A stretch of DNA of 64,000 nt. Source: Schizosaccharomyces osmophilus. Taxonomy: Eukaryota. Both the position numbers and the translations under genes were made by a program. The notes beneath the pieces were generated by a model, which worked only from the letters and a program-made list of their open reading frames with translations, made no database searches and was not told the DNA's origin. How positions within the stretch are numbered: the first letter of the stretch is position 1; each line of letters opens with the position of its first letter. This document shows positions 24,469 to 37,007 of this stretch, in pieces. The DNA is taken from the NCBI RefSeq assembly GCF_027921745.1, contig NC_079238.1, positions 124,001 through 188,000 of the forward strand, in the 5' to 3' direction.

Positions 24469-25464
24469 ATTGAAAATTTAAGGATCAAAAGTAGTAAATG
24501 AAGGTTATTACCGAAAATGAGAATTGTAAGATACCACGGAAAACCAAAGTTGTTTGATTTTTAAGTAAAAAAATAAAAGACAAGGCAAGATGGAACTCGA
24601 GAAAGCAATTAAAAAAGTACAACTTTTCGTTTTCACATAAGACCGCTCCTCTGAGTTATAGTAGGCAAGTATAGATTCCTGAAGCAATGAATGACTTTCC
24701 TAATCCAAACGAGTGTTTTGGATGGTTGAAATGGAAGCATGGATTTAAAATCGTTCTTATACGAATTCCAGTCCGCTTCCCCCGTCGTCTACCTAATACG
24801 TACTTTTGTCGGAACCTTAGAGATGAGGATGATTAGATAGCTATCTGTGCCCAAATGTAAAGTTGCTTCTGCTCCATCCTAAGATAAAATGGAGGAGGCT
24901 TTGGTATATCGCTGAAAAGGGTTTGCATTCACCATAGTCAAGGCTATCAAATTCGCTATTTCAAATAGGGATGGACCCAAGAAATTCCCGCTTTTCATAA
25001 AGACAGTAATGAATCGTATACATCCAAAAAAGACTGCTGTAGCTCTTGTTCAAGAGGAATATCTGTTTACGAGCTGTTTGTCAGTCTTTAAGACGAGAAA
25101 GTAAGCATTTGGATATCCGTTTACGTGATCAAACCGAATTTATTACTCTTCGTAAGCCATATAAGATTATAGTCTAGTATTTTAAATACATTCTATCGAT
25201 TCAAGAGTAATTAATATTTTGTGGTTTCATTTCAGAGTCCTTCTTGATCACTGACTGGCACCAATTATTTGCTGTAGAAAGAGTGATAAGACACCTTTGG
25301 GTGACGGTTTCACGATCTTGAACAAGTAGGAAATAAAGCCAAACTTCATCTTTACTTGCTTCATGTATCAACGCGGATTAGATTTTCGATAGGTGCTAAT
25401 CATCCTTGCCTTAATTGTGGATCCTGCATAATTTTCTGTAAAGTGAGACTACTTGCATTTCTTC

Positions 25465-28134
25465 ATGACAAGGGCAAAAAAGAGACGCGCATACCAAGAA
25501 GGAGATATTCGTTATAATTGTAACTATCAAGACTGCGATAAATCATTTACTAGGAAAGAACATGCTCGAAGGCATTTTCAATCTCGTATGTTTGCACTAG
25601 AATTCGTGTGCAGTTACTCTTCTCTTTATTTTCTTGCCTTATTGGCTTATGATTTGACGAGTTGCTAACGTCAATTGATTACAGATATCAATCCAAAGTC
25701 ATTTCTATGCCCTCACTGCGGCAGTTCCTTTACAAGGAACGATATTTTGAATCGTCATGTTCATAAAAAACATTTTATGCACAAGGAAGGTAGAGGTCAA
25801 ATACTCTCAAACCAAAACCAAAATCAGCATTTACATTTATCTTCAGATCAGGAGTTTCTTTTTCCTTCTTATGTCGAATCTGAAGTTCAAGATCCAACAT
25901 ACACCAGTCTTCTAAGTCGTATTCCGCGAGCTGTAATGCCCGTGACTTTTCATGAAGGACTTCCATCTTCGACTGTGCAATTGGATACCGACTCTACGCG
26001 AACACCTTCTCAACAAAATGACCTTATTTCAGCCTCAAATTCTTCTCCCAAACGTGAGCAGCATATGAGCACGCAACCTGTACCTTACATGATCCCGCCG
26101 TTAAATGGTAGTCTTGATAATATATTATCCCCTCAAGACTCCATGTCCGTTTTTGGGACGTCTTCTTCAAACGACGCTTACCAACAAGATACTGATAACT
26201 TTGTTTGCTGGCTGTTTGATAGCATGGAGAAGGACGCCCCAGTAGAGTCAGCATCAAGATTGTCTGATACTTTCAATTTCAATAACCACTTGGATTTCAT
26301 GCACGCCCCCGACTCTACAATAATTGACTTTCTCAATTCAAATCTCAAAGTCGATGACAAAATTGCTGCCAAAAATTTACTATCGCTACCTGCGTACTCA
26401 TTATTAATACAGGTTTTGGGTACTACATATCGTCTTACAGAAGATGTTTTGGAATATATGAACCTTGATCGGGTGAATTGTTGGATTTCTGATTATTGGA
26501 GGCACTTTCATCCCCGATGGCCATTTCTTCATCGTGCTACCCTTAAACTTGATGAAGCACCAGTGGAACTTTTGTTAGCGATGATTACTATGGGTATGCA
26601 TTTCACTGGTGACGCTTTTGCGTTTGATATTGCTGTATTTGTACATTCAACTTTAAGATTTTCTATCTATATCCACCCAAATTTCAATCCTCCTGCCTCC
26701 CTTTGGGTATATCAAGCCCTTTTAATCGTTGAAATCTTCGAAAAAATGACTAGTACTTTAGAGCAGCACAACCTTTCTCAAATATTCCATGGTGTGACTA
26801 TTGAGGTTTGTTTCCCCTTTTTTATGCTTTTTCTCATATATGTTCTAACTAGTTTAGTCTTTGCAAAAGGGATTGCCTACGGAAGACACGGTGACCAGCA
26901 AGACTTCTGGCAATATGTCGGGAACTGTTAATGCTCAGCAAAAGTGGCGTCGTTGGGTTGATCAAGAAGCTATAAAAAGGTATTTAAGGTTTTAATAATG
27001 AAGGCTTAATTAACAATATCAGAATTGCGTTTTTCTCATTTGTATTGGACTCTCAGCATGTAATTTTATTTGGCTATAGACCATTGGTTGATATAACTAG
27101 TCTTGGATTACCCTTATTATGTGAAGAATCCCTTTGGAATGCCGCTAGCTATGAAGACTGGATTGCCCTTGTTAACGAACGCGACCCACCCCATTTTTTC
27201 CCTATACTGAAAATCTTTTTAAAAAATGAAAATCTTCCTCCCAAATTAACTCCATGGAATATGATGATTGTTTTGCACGGATTGACCGTTATTGGTTGGA
27301 TATTGGGTAGGAACAATTTGGGTATGAGAAATTCTTTTAAATCTTACGAAGTAATTACTGATTGTTTTGTTTTTAAGGTATGGTGGAAAGTATTATGCAA
27401 AGCAATGGAAGCAATCTGAAAAACTGCAGAACTCTGCTTAAATCGTCATATAAATTTTGGCTTTGTACATACCGCATGTTCTTTCTGAATGATGGCACTT
27501 TACCCCTTAATCATCCTTATGTACGAGGTTGTTTAGCTACTTATGAATTAGCTTACATTTCTTTACACACAAACATAGTTGCTTTACAGACTTATGTCAA
27601 ATCAACAGCATTCAGATCTAAAAGACTATGCGCCAGCACTTCTCGCTATATATTTGCTTGGATGGCTTCTGACAATTCCAATGTGTCTATAAAGCATTCT
27701 GTTGATATGGTAGAGGCGTTTTTAGGTGGTGATATGGAATACAATATTAACAATGAAACTGGACTCCACAGGCCATGGTGTTTGTATATTGTTACTTTAA
27801 TTCTCTGGGCTTACGGTTATCTCTCAGATGCAAGATGTGAGTTAGTCGAACCAGGAAACGACAACTATAAATCTCAATTAAATACTTACCTAATGCAACT
27901 GAGAACAAGTCTTAGTGAAACTCCCAAGGACTCTGTATATATTCGAAGCAAGACTTTGCCGTTACTGAAATGTGTCATTGATGTATTACGTCCAGCCAGA
28001 TGGGGATTATGTGAGTGTAAATCATGAATTTTTGGTTTCGACAACTTCTAACAGTTTTAGTGGCTGATGGTGTGCAAATTCTATCGAAACTAACACAAGT
28101 TCAGCATGAGAATTTTGACGGGAGAGGTATCTGA
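25465..28134 (+). CDS. klf1: C2H2 zinc finger plus fungal-TF-domain transcription factor, multi-exon
   Basis: Two C2H2 fingers split by an intron (GTATGT ~25586), YWRHFHPRWPFLH, further GT-AG introns join the ORF pieces, stop at 28132-28134. Gene order matches the S. pombe klf1 neighbourhood as recalled. Confidence 0.82.
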
Positions 28135-28387
28135 TATCATGGCAAGCTTTTTTAGTATTTATAAATATCATATATTTCTTTCCCTACATTAAAACATTTG
28201 TTAAAGGCATTAAAAAAAATAATAAAATTATTTGAATTCTGAAAATATACGTGCGGTAAGCGTAAAGATTCATTAGGAGAAAAAATTCTACCGTCACACA
28301 TGATACCAAAATAATAGAATTAGATGCAAACTCAAAGAAACAAAAAATAAAAATCAAAGACTAAACCAAGAGATATAAGCAGTAATC

Positions 28388-29908
28388 TCAATAGAACCAT
28401 CTAAAATTTGGATTTACTGGCCCCTCGCCCAATTCTTTGGTGCTAACATCTGCAAAAGTTTTCTTACGTCCCTGTATTTTATTGCGGCGATTATTATCAT
28501 ACAGCATATAAAGGTTAATAGATGCGACCAAAAGAATTCCTAACCCACCAAAGCCTGCCGTAATTCCAAGTGCAAGGACATATTTCGGAGCATCTTTAGG
28601 ACGAAATATATTACTAGATACGAGACCCATCGCATTTGCTAGTGGGACACCAACAGAGGTAAAAGCCGCACGACGACCCTCATTAGGTATGTTATTGTTG
28701 TACCAAGTCGATGTTAGAACTGATGAAGCAGCAGCCCCCGCAGTCATTAAAAAACAAGCAAAATAAGAGATGCCAATATGATTCAAAATGTCAATTGATC
28801 CATAAACTATGAATCCAACCATCGTTGTAGAAATTGCGATAATTAATATTATACCGCGATTTTCCAGGTAATCTGATACAAAAGCAAATACAAGAAGCCA
28901 CACAGCACCTGATATGGCTGGAGCTACTGTCATTAAGTTTGTGTTAACCGAAGAAAATCCCATAGCTCCTACAATCTGAGGAAGCCAGTTATTGATGCTG
29001 TTCAAAGGGACTCCTAAAGCCATTTCTTCGAGTAACCAGAGAATAGCAATTGGATTATTGAACACAGAAAGCGACTGCTTAAATGTTAGTTTTTCGGTAA
29101 TTGCAGAGGAAGAATCATTGTCGATCCTCATTCGTGCTAAAAATTTATCTTCATCCGTTAGAAAGTGAGCCTTTTCCACGCTGACAGGAAGAAGTAGAAA
29201 AATAAGAGCAGCGGACAAAAAAGTACTACTTCCTTCAATTAAAAATAGGTACTGCCAACCTTTAAGTTTTCCGCTTTTTATGTGAAAAACACCGTAAGCT
29301 AATAGCCCTCCGAACGCGGAAGATATGTTTGCAGCTGCGTAAAAAATCGCCAAGCGTCTAGCAAGTTCAGTACGTCTATAGAAGGTAGTAAGGTAATATA
29401 CTACTCCCGGTAAAACAGCAGATTCAGCCATGCCCAAAAACCATCTAACTGTCATCATTCCAGCAAAGTTTTTGACGGCCGCTTGACAGAGCGACATTAC
29501 ACCGAATGAAAGCATAAAAAGAGGTAACATTCGGGCAGCTCCAAAACGCTTATACAAATAAGAGAAAGGAAAAGCACAAAGAACAAAAGGTATGTAGAAT
29601 ATGGAAATCATGATATTGTATTCGTCGCCCTTAAATCCCAAATCCTTGTCGATACCATTGGTTTTTGCATTGGATACATTAGATTTATCGAGGGCATTAA
29701 ATAGGTATAAAAGCGCTAAAAGAGGGAGGATTCGAATGTCGAGCTTACGACATAATTTTCGCTCTGCCTTGTGATCAATTACATAAACTTCAGCTGCTTC
29801 TTCACTTTCTCCAAGGTCAACAGACACCCGTTGATCCCCATTTATTTTGTCAGACTTTTCATCCAACGCTATAGATTTTTCTAAAACAGACGATACGGAA
29901 CGATCCAT
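28388..29908 (-). CDS. MFS anion:cation symporter (Tna1/Dal5-like carboxylate transporter)
   Basis: KLDIRILP..LDKSN and FYRRTELARRLAIF motifs; first ATG at 29908. Confidence 0.9.
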   Translation of the reverse strand: MDRSVSSVLEKSIALDEKSDKINGDQRVSVDLGESEEAAEVYVIDHKAERKLCRKLDIRILPLLALLYLFNALDKSNVSNAKTNGIDKDLGFKGDEYNIMISIFYIPFVLCAFPFSYLYKRFGAARMLPLFMLSFGVMSLCQAAVKNFAGMMTVRWFLGMAESAVLPGVVYYLTTFYRRTELARRLAIFYAAANISSAFGGLLAYGVFHIKSGKLKGWQYLFLIEGSSTFLSAALIFLLLPVSVEKAHFLTDEDKFLARMRIDNDSSSAITEKLTFKQSLSVFNNPIAILWLLEEMALGVPLNSINNWLPQIVGAMGFSSVNTNLMTVAPAISGAVWLLVFAFVSDYLENRGIILIIAISTTMVGFIVYGSIDILNHIGISYFACFLMTAGAAASSVLTSTWYNNNIPNEGRRAAFTSVGVPLANAMGLVSSNIFRPKDAPKYVLALGITAGFGGLGILLVASINLYMLYDNNRRNKIQGRKKTFADVSTKELGEGPVNPNFRWFY

Positions 29909-30732
29909 TAATTGATTATATTTCAACAGCTCTTAAGTAATGCCTTTTAGGTCAACTATATATACAAATCCTTATTTTGTGATCCAATTCTTCACTTGGG
30001 TGCCCCCGCCGCCCTTTGGAGCTCTTACAAATACCTACTATAGCAAGTTGCATACGTTACGTTTAACGTCACGTATTTCACGCCAGCTTATCTATGTTTT
30101 ATTGTTACAGTGACTGAAAGAAATTGATCTCTTATTTATCTTTTGTACTCTTGTATAGACAACAATAGTGCTTAATACGATATTGAAGTGAATTCTTATC
30201 TGATGTGATAAAGCAGGGTTTTTATGGTGTTCACTAAGCAGTCGCAACTTTTTCCATTTATATTGAGAGACTTCCAATGGTATATTATTTATGTTTTGAG
30301 AAAAGAAAAAGTAGTTTAAATTAAGAAAGCGCTTGAAATTCTTGACAGTTTTCCATTTTGTAGAAGCAAAATCTGGGCATCATTAGATACTGAGGATTTA
30401 TCGAACACGAAATGAAAACAAAAAGTAAAGATAAAAAACAATGAAAATTGGTCATGCAAAGTATCAAGCTTACCTCAAAAATTTCAAGAGTGAATTCATT
30501 CCAGGTTTTAATGAAAGATGAAAAAAGTTGTTAGTGAATAGTGTATAAATAAACGAGAAAAACACTAAATTACACTTTCAAAAGATACGCCAAATTATAA
30601 CTGATCCACAAAAAATAATATATTGAAAGCAATAGATTTCGACAGGATTACCTAAATGTACTAGTAGTTTGGGGTATTTAAAATCATGGTCTACGGAATT
30701 ATTGAAAGGAAGAAAAAGTAAGAGAGAACGGC

Positions 30733-31758
30733 TTACGAAAATGCTGCTAACAATGCGTCAGTAGCATCCTTATTGAGTATTCGGCCTTTTCTAAGAACAG
30801 CATCCATTGCCATAACGGGATGTGGACAGCCTTCATATACTTTGATATTACTTTTAACGCCAGCATTCAATAGTTTTTCATGGTATTGAACGGCCTCGGT
30901 ACTTAAAACATCACAGCCTGCAGCGCATATCAGAGCAGGGCAAACTTTTCTGAAACTTGACTCAGCGTAGAAAAATGGACTAGCTTTCGGATTGTTCCAA
31001 TCCTTTTCATCTGGTAGATAATGCTTGCGGTACCACAACATTTTTGCAGCGGGCAATTGAGGGGTGTTTTCAAATAACTTCCAAGAGGTGTGAGATTCGG
31101 CACTGGCTGTGTTATCGCAAACGGGAACGACCAAAAGCTGAAGAACAAGAGGTGGATAATCAAATGAAGATGATGTGATACTGTGAGAAAGAACTGCAGA
31201 AATGTTTCCACCGGCGGAGGAACCGCCTACGGCAATTTTTTTGGGATTAATACCAAGGACGTTTGCAGCTTCATAACAGTATAACAAAGTTTCCCATCCG
31301 TCTTCAATGCAAGCAGGAAACGGGTTTTCTGGAGCTAGCCGGTAATCAACGTTCACAACAACACACTTAGCCTGCTCACACATATGAGTAGCAAACGAAT
31401 TCTCCGTGTTGATGTTCCCAAGGACCCAACCACCACCATGAAACCATAGTAAACAAGGCCATCCGCCTTCAGGAGCATCTCCGTGAGGTTGAAAAATGCG
31501 AACTGAAACGCCAGTAGGCGCTTTTGTGTGCTTTCGGGGGATTATGATATTTTGTGTAGACATAACCGGGAGTAAATCAGACTGTCCAGGCATAACATTC
31601 CCGTTGCTTCTCAAAAAGTCCACCGGAAAAGTGTGCGTTAAGACAATTGGAAGATTACTGCATATATACTTGTTATAAAAATCAACATATTCAGGATCTA
31701 GCTTGCCCTTTACGGAATCGTCTAATGGGATAATGGTCTCTGTAGCAGTACGGGTCAT
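30733..31758 (-). CDS. HSL-family alpha/beta hydrolase (esterase)
   Basis: HGGGW, DYRLAPE and GSSAGG motifs. Confidence 0.93.
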   Translation of the reverse strand: MTRTATETIIPLDDSVKGKLDPEYVDFYNKYICSNLPIVLTHTFPVDFLRSNGNVMPGQSDLLPVMSTQNIIIPRKHTKAPTGVSVRIFQPHGDAPEGGWPCLLWFHGGGWVLGNINTENSFATHMCEQAKCVVVNVDYRLAPENPFPACIEDGWETLLYCYEAANVLGINPKKIAVGGSSAGGNISAVLSHSITSSSFDYPPLVLQLLVVPVCDNTASAESHTSWKLFENTPQLPAAKMLWYRKHYLPDEKDWNNPKASPFFYAESSFRKVCPALICAAGCDVLSTEAVQYHEKLLNAGVKSNIKVYEGCPHPVMAMDAVLRKGRILNKDATDALLAAFS

Positions 31759-32488
31759 TTCAAAGATGAAAAGTGTTAATCAAATAATATAGAATTCCTT
31801 ATGCGAAAGCTTTCATGCGCTAAGAGGTTACTACTTCTTTGAGGGCGACAAAGCCTTCTTATATAATCATTTAATCAAAGTAATAACCTAAAAAAAAAAA
31901 AAAAAAAAAGAAAAAAAAAATACATTTTAGGTAAGAAAAGGCTTTTCGAAGTTACCCCCATGCTCCCAGTAGATAACCTCCAACAATCCATTTCTGGACT
32001 ACATGTATTTCTTCCAGTACGGTGGGGGTATTGTGAAGACAAATATATGCGTCTTTACACAGCAGTCTAAAATGATAATATTTAGTAGCATGAAGGTATT
32101 GATAACTATTGTTCTAGAACTGATAAAGAAAAAATGAATATCCTATGAAAAATACAGGCATTCAAAACTCCATGTGAAATCAGCGCCTTCATATCGATTA
32201 ACGGCTCATCTAAAAGTCAAACAGATACTGATGAAGATATCTTTTTTAAATAAAATGCTCGGCTTCATTTGATGGCCATGAAAGCGTATGAAAAAGCAAT
32301 CACATTTATATATGGGTTATTTATGAAAAACTGGAATTGAATACCTGGGAATATAGAAAATGAGTTGAAAGGACTAGACGAAGGAAAAAAACGAATAAAA
32401 TTGTTGATATTCATAATCCACGGAGGTACTTTTTAAGGCTAACAAAGCTCCATTACTCGAACATCAAGAAAGTGATTTGAGAATTGAA

Positions 32489-34400
32489 CGAGGATTGAAT
32501 GAGGATTGAATGAGGATTGAATTCAGAGGGATTACTAACTTATGGATATATACTCAAAAAAGAAAAAAGTTATAAAGACAAAAATTGACAAACTGTTACA
32601 TCAATACAGACGTTATTCTCAGTATGAGAATTCTTAGAGGGTATAAAAGTTCAAGCTAGCAAAGGTGAAATCGTAGGGATAAGAATGGTTTTCTTTCTGG
32701 AATATAGAAATCATTTTCTTTTTTTTTTGCTTTCCAAAAAAAGTGAATAAACAATGTTGAGGACAGTAGCAGTAGCTTGCACATGCATCAAACGACTAGC
32801 GCTTGGGAATGTTTACCTCTGCCTTTGGGATAGCGTGGTTTACGTCCTGGGTGACGCATCCCAAAAGCTTGACCATATCAGATGACGGGGATCGTTTCGA
32901 GCGCCGGCGCTTTTAGACGTAAGAAGTAGATGGAGAGGAAGGAATAGAGAATCACTTTCCAGGGCATTGCTTGAAGGGTAAAGGGGACAGCTTGGTACGA
33001 ACGTGGGGACGTAGGAACGCAGGGACGCAGGGACGCAGGGACGTGCGAGAGGGAATTTACAGAGAGAAGACCAAAAAAAGGTTCAAAAAAAATACCACCC
33101 ATTCCTTAAAAGAGTGTCATCAATTTACCAAAGTTATTTTTATTCGAATTTCCATTCACTCACTTTCCCTCCATCCTCTCTACGACACTACGACACAAAC
33201 TCCCAACGCCTGTGAATCAACTCCTTGTAGTCGTTGTACTCGTTGTACTCCTTGTACTCCTTGTACTCCTTGTTTTCCATTCTTTAATAGAACCACATCG
33301 TTTCCCTTTCGGCAAGTCTTCTAGAAAGTACTTTTCCAGTCAATTTCACCATTGCCCATTCCCCATGAGTAGAAACAAAAACAAACCAAATCAAAACAAA
33401 CACTAGAGCCCATCCTACGTCACTTTTGTAATGACAAAATTCGGATTTCTGAAGGACGCTTCCTACTGTACCATCCTTGCTCATAGGAGAAACCATTGGA
33501 TGGAAAGAAGGTTCATTTATGACCTAGACTATGTTCGTCTACCATTAACTTATTTCTATGAAACAATTTCAGCTCCGATGAATAATCCGGCTTCCCCACT
33601 TGTTATGAAAATGTAAGTTATTTTTCATACAAAAATAAAGGTTTGCAGAGATTCTTTCCATAGTTGTCCATTACTAAAAACAAAAATAAGAACTCGAAAA
33701 GTGTACCTTTGCCGAAAAAAAAGATTCATTTGGATTTTCTTTATTCTTTTGTATTGTGTCTATAAATAAATAAAAAAAGGAACAGATCGAAAGCCAAAGC
33801 CAAAGTCAAAGTCAAAGTCAAAGATCAAAAGATTGGAAGATCGAAAGATCGGAAGATTTGTCAAACGTTGTTGGATTGTTCTTGGTTTATATGTATGTAT
33901 CATTCAACCAGGGATCTCCATCAAGGTATTTGAAATATCATTTTGTTGAATACGGTTGTTTTAGTTAGTTTTCTTTGTATTCCCTTTTTGAAATAATTCG
34001 GTGTGTATTCTATTTGGGTACAGTACAGTACAGTACAGTCAGAATCTCATTGCTACACAACACTTGCTTTCCCTATTTCATTCTCTCCTGTTGTTTTCTC
34101 TTTCCGTTGTATACCCCCATTCCCCCCACATGCATGATCCGCTTAATCGAAATGTCGAGTTGGCTTCGTCCGAGCAAACCACTGAAGCGACTGATGAAAG
34201 CCATCAAAATAATATCCTGACACAGCCGGTCGCTGTCGAGACTGAGCAAAACAACAATGAAGTAAGAGTTCAAAAGGAAATTTCCGAGGAAGCATCAACG
34301 TCAAGAGTACGAGAAAATGAATCGGTTCCATTGTCCAAGACGCCAACTGACATAGAGGAAAAACCACCACACACAGAGGTTGAGGTTGAGGTTGAGGTTG
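32489..34400. repeat. Cluster of short tandem repeats
   Basis: GAGGATTGAAT x3 (~32490), GGGACGCA-like x3-4 (~33005), CTTGTACT-like x4 (~33225), AAAGTC x3-4 (~33800), CAGTA x4 (~34020), GAGGTT x4 (~34376). Confidence 0.7.
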
Positions 34401-35989
34401 AATTAAAAAATGAGTCGGGGGTAGATGAAAAAGTACGAGGAAAAGAAAACGAAGAGGATGAAGAGATTCAATTGATTCCTGAAAATAATATGGTTCTCGT
34501 GGTCCCAGCTCTTATTTTATGTCTTTTTCTGGCTGCTTTGGATAATACAATTGTTACCGTTGCTATTCCTACCATTACCCAGCATTTTAATGATTCTTCC
34601 CATTCGTTTTGGATCAGTACTGCGTATACTCTGGCTACCAATGCAGTCATGCCGGCCATGGGTGTTCTCTCCAACATCTTGGGACGCAAGTATATCTTGT
34701 ATGGATCGGTCTTTTTGTTTATGCTCGGTAGTGCTCTTAGTGGTGCTAGTCAAAGTATGATTATGCTAATTATTTCACGTGCCGTTCAAGGTGCCGGAGG
34801 TGGTGGAATTAGTTCATTAACCAATATTCTTATTTCTGAAATCACTCCTCTAAAAACCCGTCCCATGTACACGGTTCTCACTTCTTCGGCTTGGGGTGTC
34901 GCCCTTGCCATTGGTCCTGTTCTCGGCGGTGTCATTTGTCAAAATACCACTTGGCGATGGATCTTCTTCATTAATCTTCCTGTCGGTGGCATCGCTATTC
35001 TTCTTATCATTATCTTTTTGAGAGTCCTACCCGTAAAACGACAATCTTTCCGTACCTTCCTTAAAACTTTTGACTTTTTTGGTCTTGCTAGCGCTATGAC
35101 CGGCGTTGTGCTTTTTCTATTGGGTATTTCTTTGGGAGGTGAATCTGGCCATTGGGCTCGTCGCGGAGTTCTGCCTTATATTATCATCGGTGGAGTTCTT
35201 GTCGTCTTTGCTATGGTATACGACTTTCATACCAAGAGAAATCCAGTACTACCTCCAGTCCTTTTTAAAAGTATGAACGGTATCATCGTCATGACCTGTT
35301 CGTTTATTCTTTATATGAACGATTATTTATTCGCTTACCATGTTCCTCAATATTATCAAAGAGTTCGAGGCGACGATCCCTTAATGTCTGGTGTTCATTT
35401 TTTACCGGGTGCTGCCGTCTTAATTGTCAGTTCGGCAGTCATTGGTGCGGTGCTCAAAAGCTTTGCCTGCTTTAGGACAGTGCTCTGTATAGGGGGCGTC
35501 GTCTGTACCGCAGGACTCGGAAGTTTAATTTCTTTGGATGCCTTTTCGCCATTTTCCAAAGCTATGGGCTTGATTACTATTTTTATGTTTGGCTCTGGTT
35601 TTATGTTTTTACCTTTACTCATTGTCATGCAGGCGTCTTTCCCGCCCTCTTTAACCTCAATAGCTACTGCCACCCTGATGTTTGTAAGATACATGGGAGG
35701 AGCTATCGGTATAACGATAGGACAGGTAATTTTTAGCCAAAGGGTGACTTCTGCCTTTCATGGAGACAGCACGATCGCGAGGTTGCCATACGAGAGAATC
35801 CAACAACTTTCGAAGGACAAGAGATATCATATCAAAACAACTTACGCATCTGCTTATAAGACTATTTGGCTGTTTACAACTATTGCTATGGCCGTCGGCA
35901 CGGTCGCCATCTTCTTTATAAAGGGGATTTCAACGGAACAGAAGTTTAAGAAAGTACCCGCAAAAAAAGCAAAAGAAGAAAAGGTTTAA
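34130..35989 (+). CDS. MFS drug:H+ antiporter, DHA2 (14-TM) type
   Basis: FLAALDNTIV, GRK, GPVLGG and WRWIFFINLP motifs; first ATG at 34130. Confidence 0.9.
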   Translation: MHDPLNRNVELASSEQTTEATDESHQNNILTQPVAVETEQNNNEVRVQKEISEEASTSRVRENESVPLSKTPTDIEEKPPHTEVEVEVEVELKNESGVDEKVRGKENEEDEEIQLIPENNMVLVVPALILCLFLAALDNTIVTVAIPTITQHFNDSSHSFWISTAYTLATNAVMPAMGVLSNILGRKYILYGSVFLFMLGSALSGASQSMIMLIISRAVQGAGGGGISSLTNILISEITPLKTRPMYTVLTSSAWGVALAIGPVLGGVICQNTTWRWIFFINLPVGGIAILLIIIFLRVLPVKRQSFRTFLKTFDFFGLASAMTGVVLFLLGISLGGESGHWARRGVLPYIIIGGVLVVFAMVYDFHTKRNPVLPPVLFKSMNGIIVMTCSFILYMNDYLFAYHVPQYYQRVRGDDPLMSGVHFLPGAAVLIVSSAVIGAVLKSFACFRTVLCIGGVVCTAGLGSLISLDAFSPFSKAMGLITIFMFGSGFMFLPLLIVMQASFPPSLTSIATATLMFVRYMGGAIGITIGQVIFSQRVTSAFHGDSTIARLPYERIQQLSKDKRYHIKTTYASAYKTIWLFTTIAMAVGTVAIFFIKGISTEQKFKKVPAKKAKEEKV

Positions 35990-36701
35990 ACTAATCTTTC
36001 TTTTATTATTTATTTGTTATTTTTCTATCTTGAGTCGTATTTTACTGATTTGTTCGTTTCTTAATATTTATTAACCAAAAATCAAGATACCGGCTACTAA
36101 GAAAACTAACATTGGCAATAACTCTAGCACTGAGGCGCAATGTATACTATCAATACTTTAAAATATATGTAAACTAAAGATAATGAAATAATGTAAAAAT
36201 AAAATATAATTTAATTTAAATATAGGAGGCATATCATCAATTGGATTAAACCACCTGACAAGCTTTCAATTGTTACTGAAAAATCATCAAAATAATTGTA
36301 TCTGCTTATGCTATCTTGTTTTGATAATTCATATTCAGTACCTCAACATATAAGGATGTAAAGTATCTCCCTCTGCCTCATTGTTCAAATTTCGCATTTT
36401 TCACTACCAATTGATTTATCCTTTCATCTTTTTCTTTTTTTTAAAACTTTTCAATTTTGTGGGCTAACTGTCTATCATTATTAATTATAATTTGCTAGCA
36501 TTAAACATTATAGCAAAACTAAGTATCGATCATTTTCCCTATAAGCGGCAATGATTATTCACATTTAAGAATAGCAAATAAGGAACAACTAATTCTTACA
36601 AACTTCAAGACAATTCGTTTCGAAACTGTTTATTGGGCTTTCTATCCTTTAAAGCGTCCAGAAAGGTAAACCCGTTGAAGAACAGATTTAAATTACTCTA
36701 T

Positions 36702-37007
36702 TTAATAAAAGTAATAGCCCATATCTTCCATTGACTTTTTCGTTCGAATCCTTTCGCGATATCTTTTGTCTTTTAATCTTTTTATGAAATTTTCTCTGTT
36801 GAGTCCAACTTTCCACCAATGTTTCTCTTCAGCAGCCTTAGGAGCTAGTACTTTATTGTCGCCTTCAGTAGAGAGCTTTGGTGGTTCCTATATAAAATGA
36901 AATAGTTTTGTTAGAAAAATATTCATAGCTCTTCCAAGTTCCTAACTCACCGCTGTCGTCGAGTTAACTTTCGTTCTTTTGTCAATAATGTATGGCCAGT
37001 AGTTCAT
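36702..37007 (-). CDS. Putative 80-aa basic protein, 2 exons (37007-36951, 36887-36702)
   Basis: TATATAAATA ~45 nt upstream; GTGAGT donor, CTAAC branch and TAG acceptor; a phase-0 intron joins two open frames. Confidence 0.55.

Noticed and set aside
32489..33270. CRISPR-like repeat arrays
   Set aside because: Simple tandem repeats without spacers, in a eukaryotic genome.
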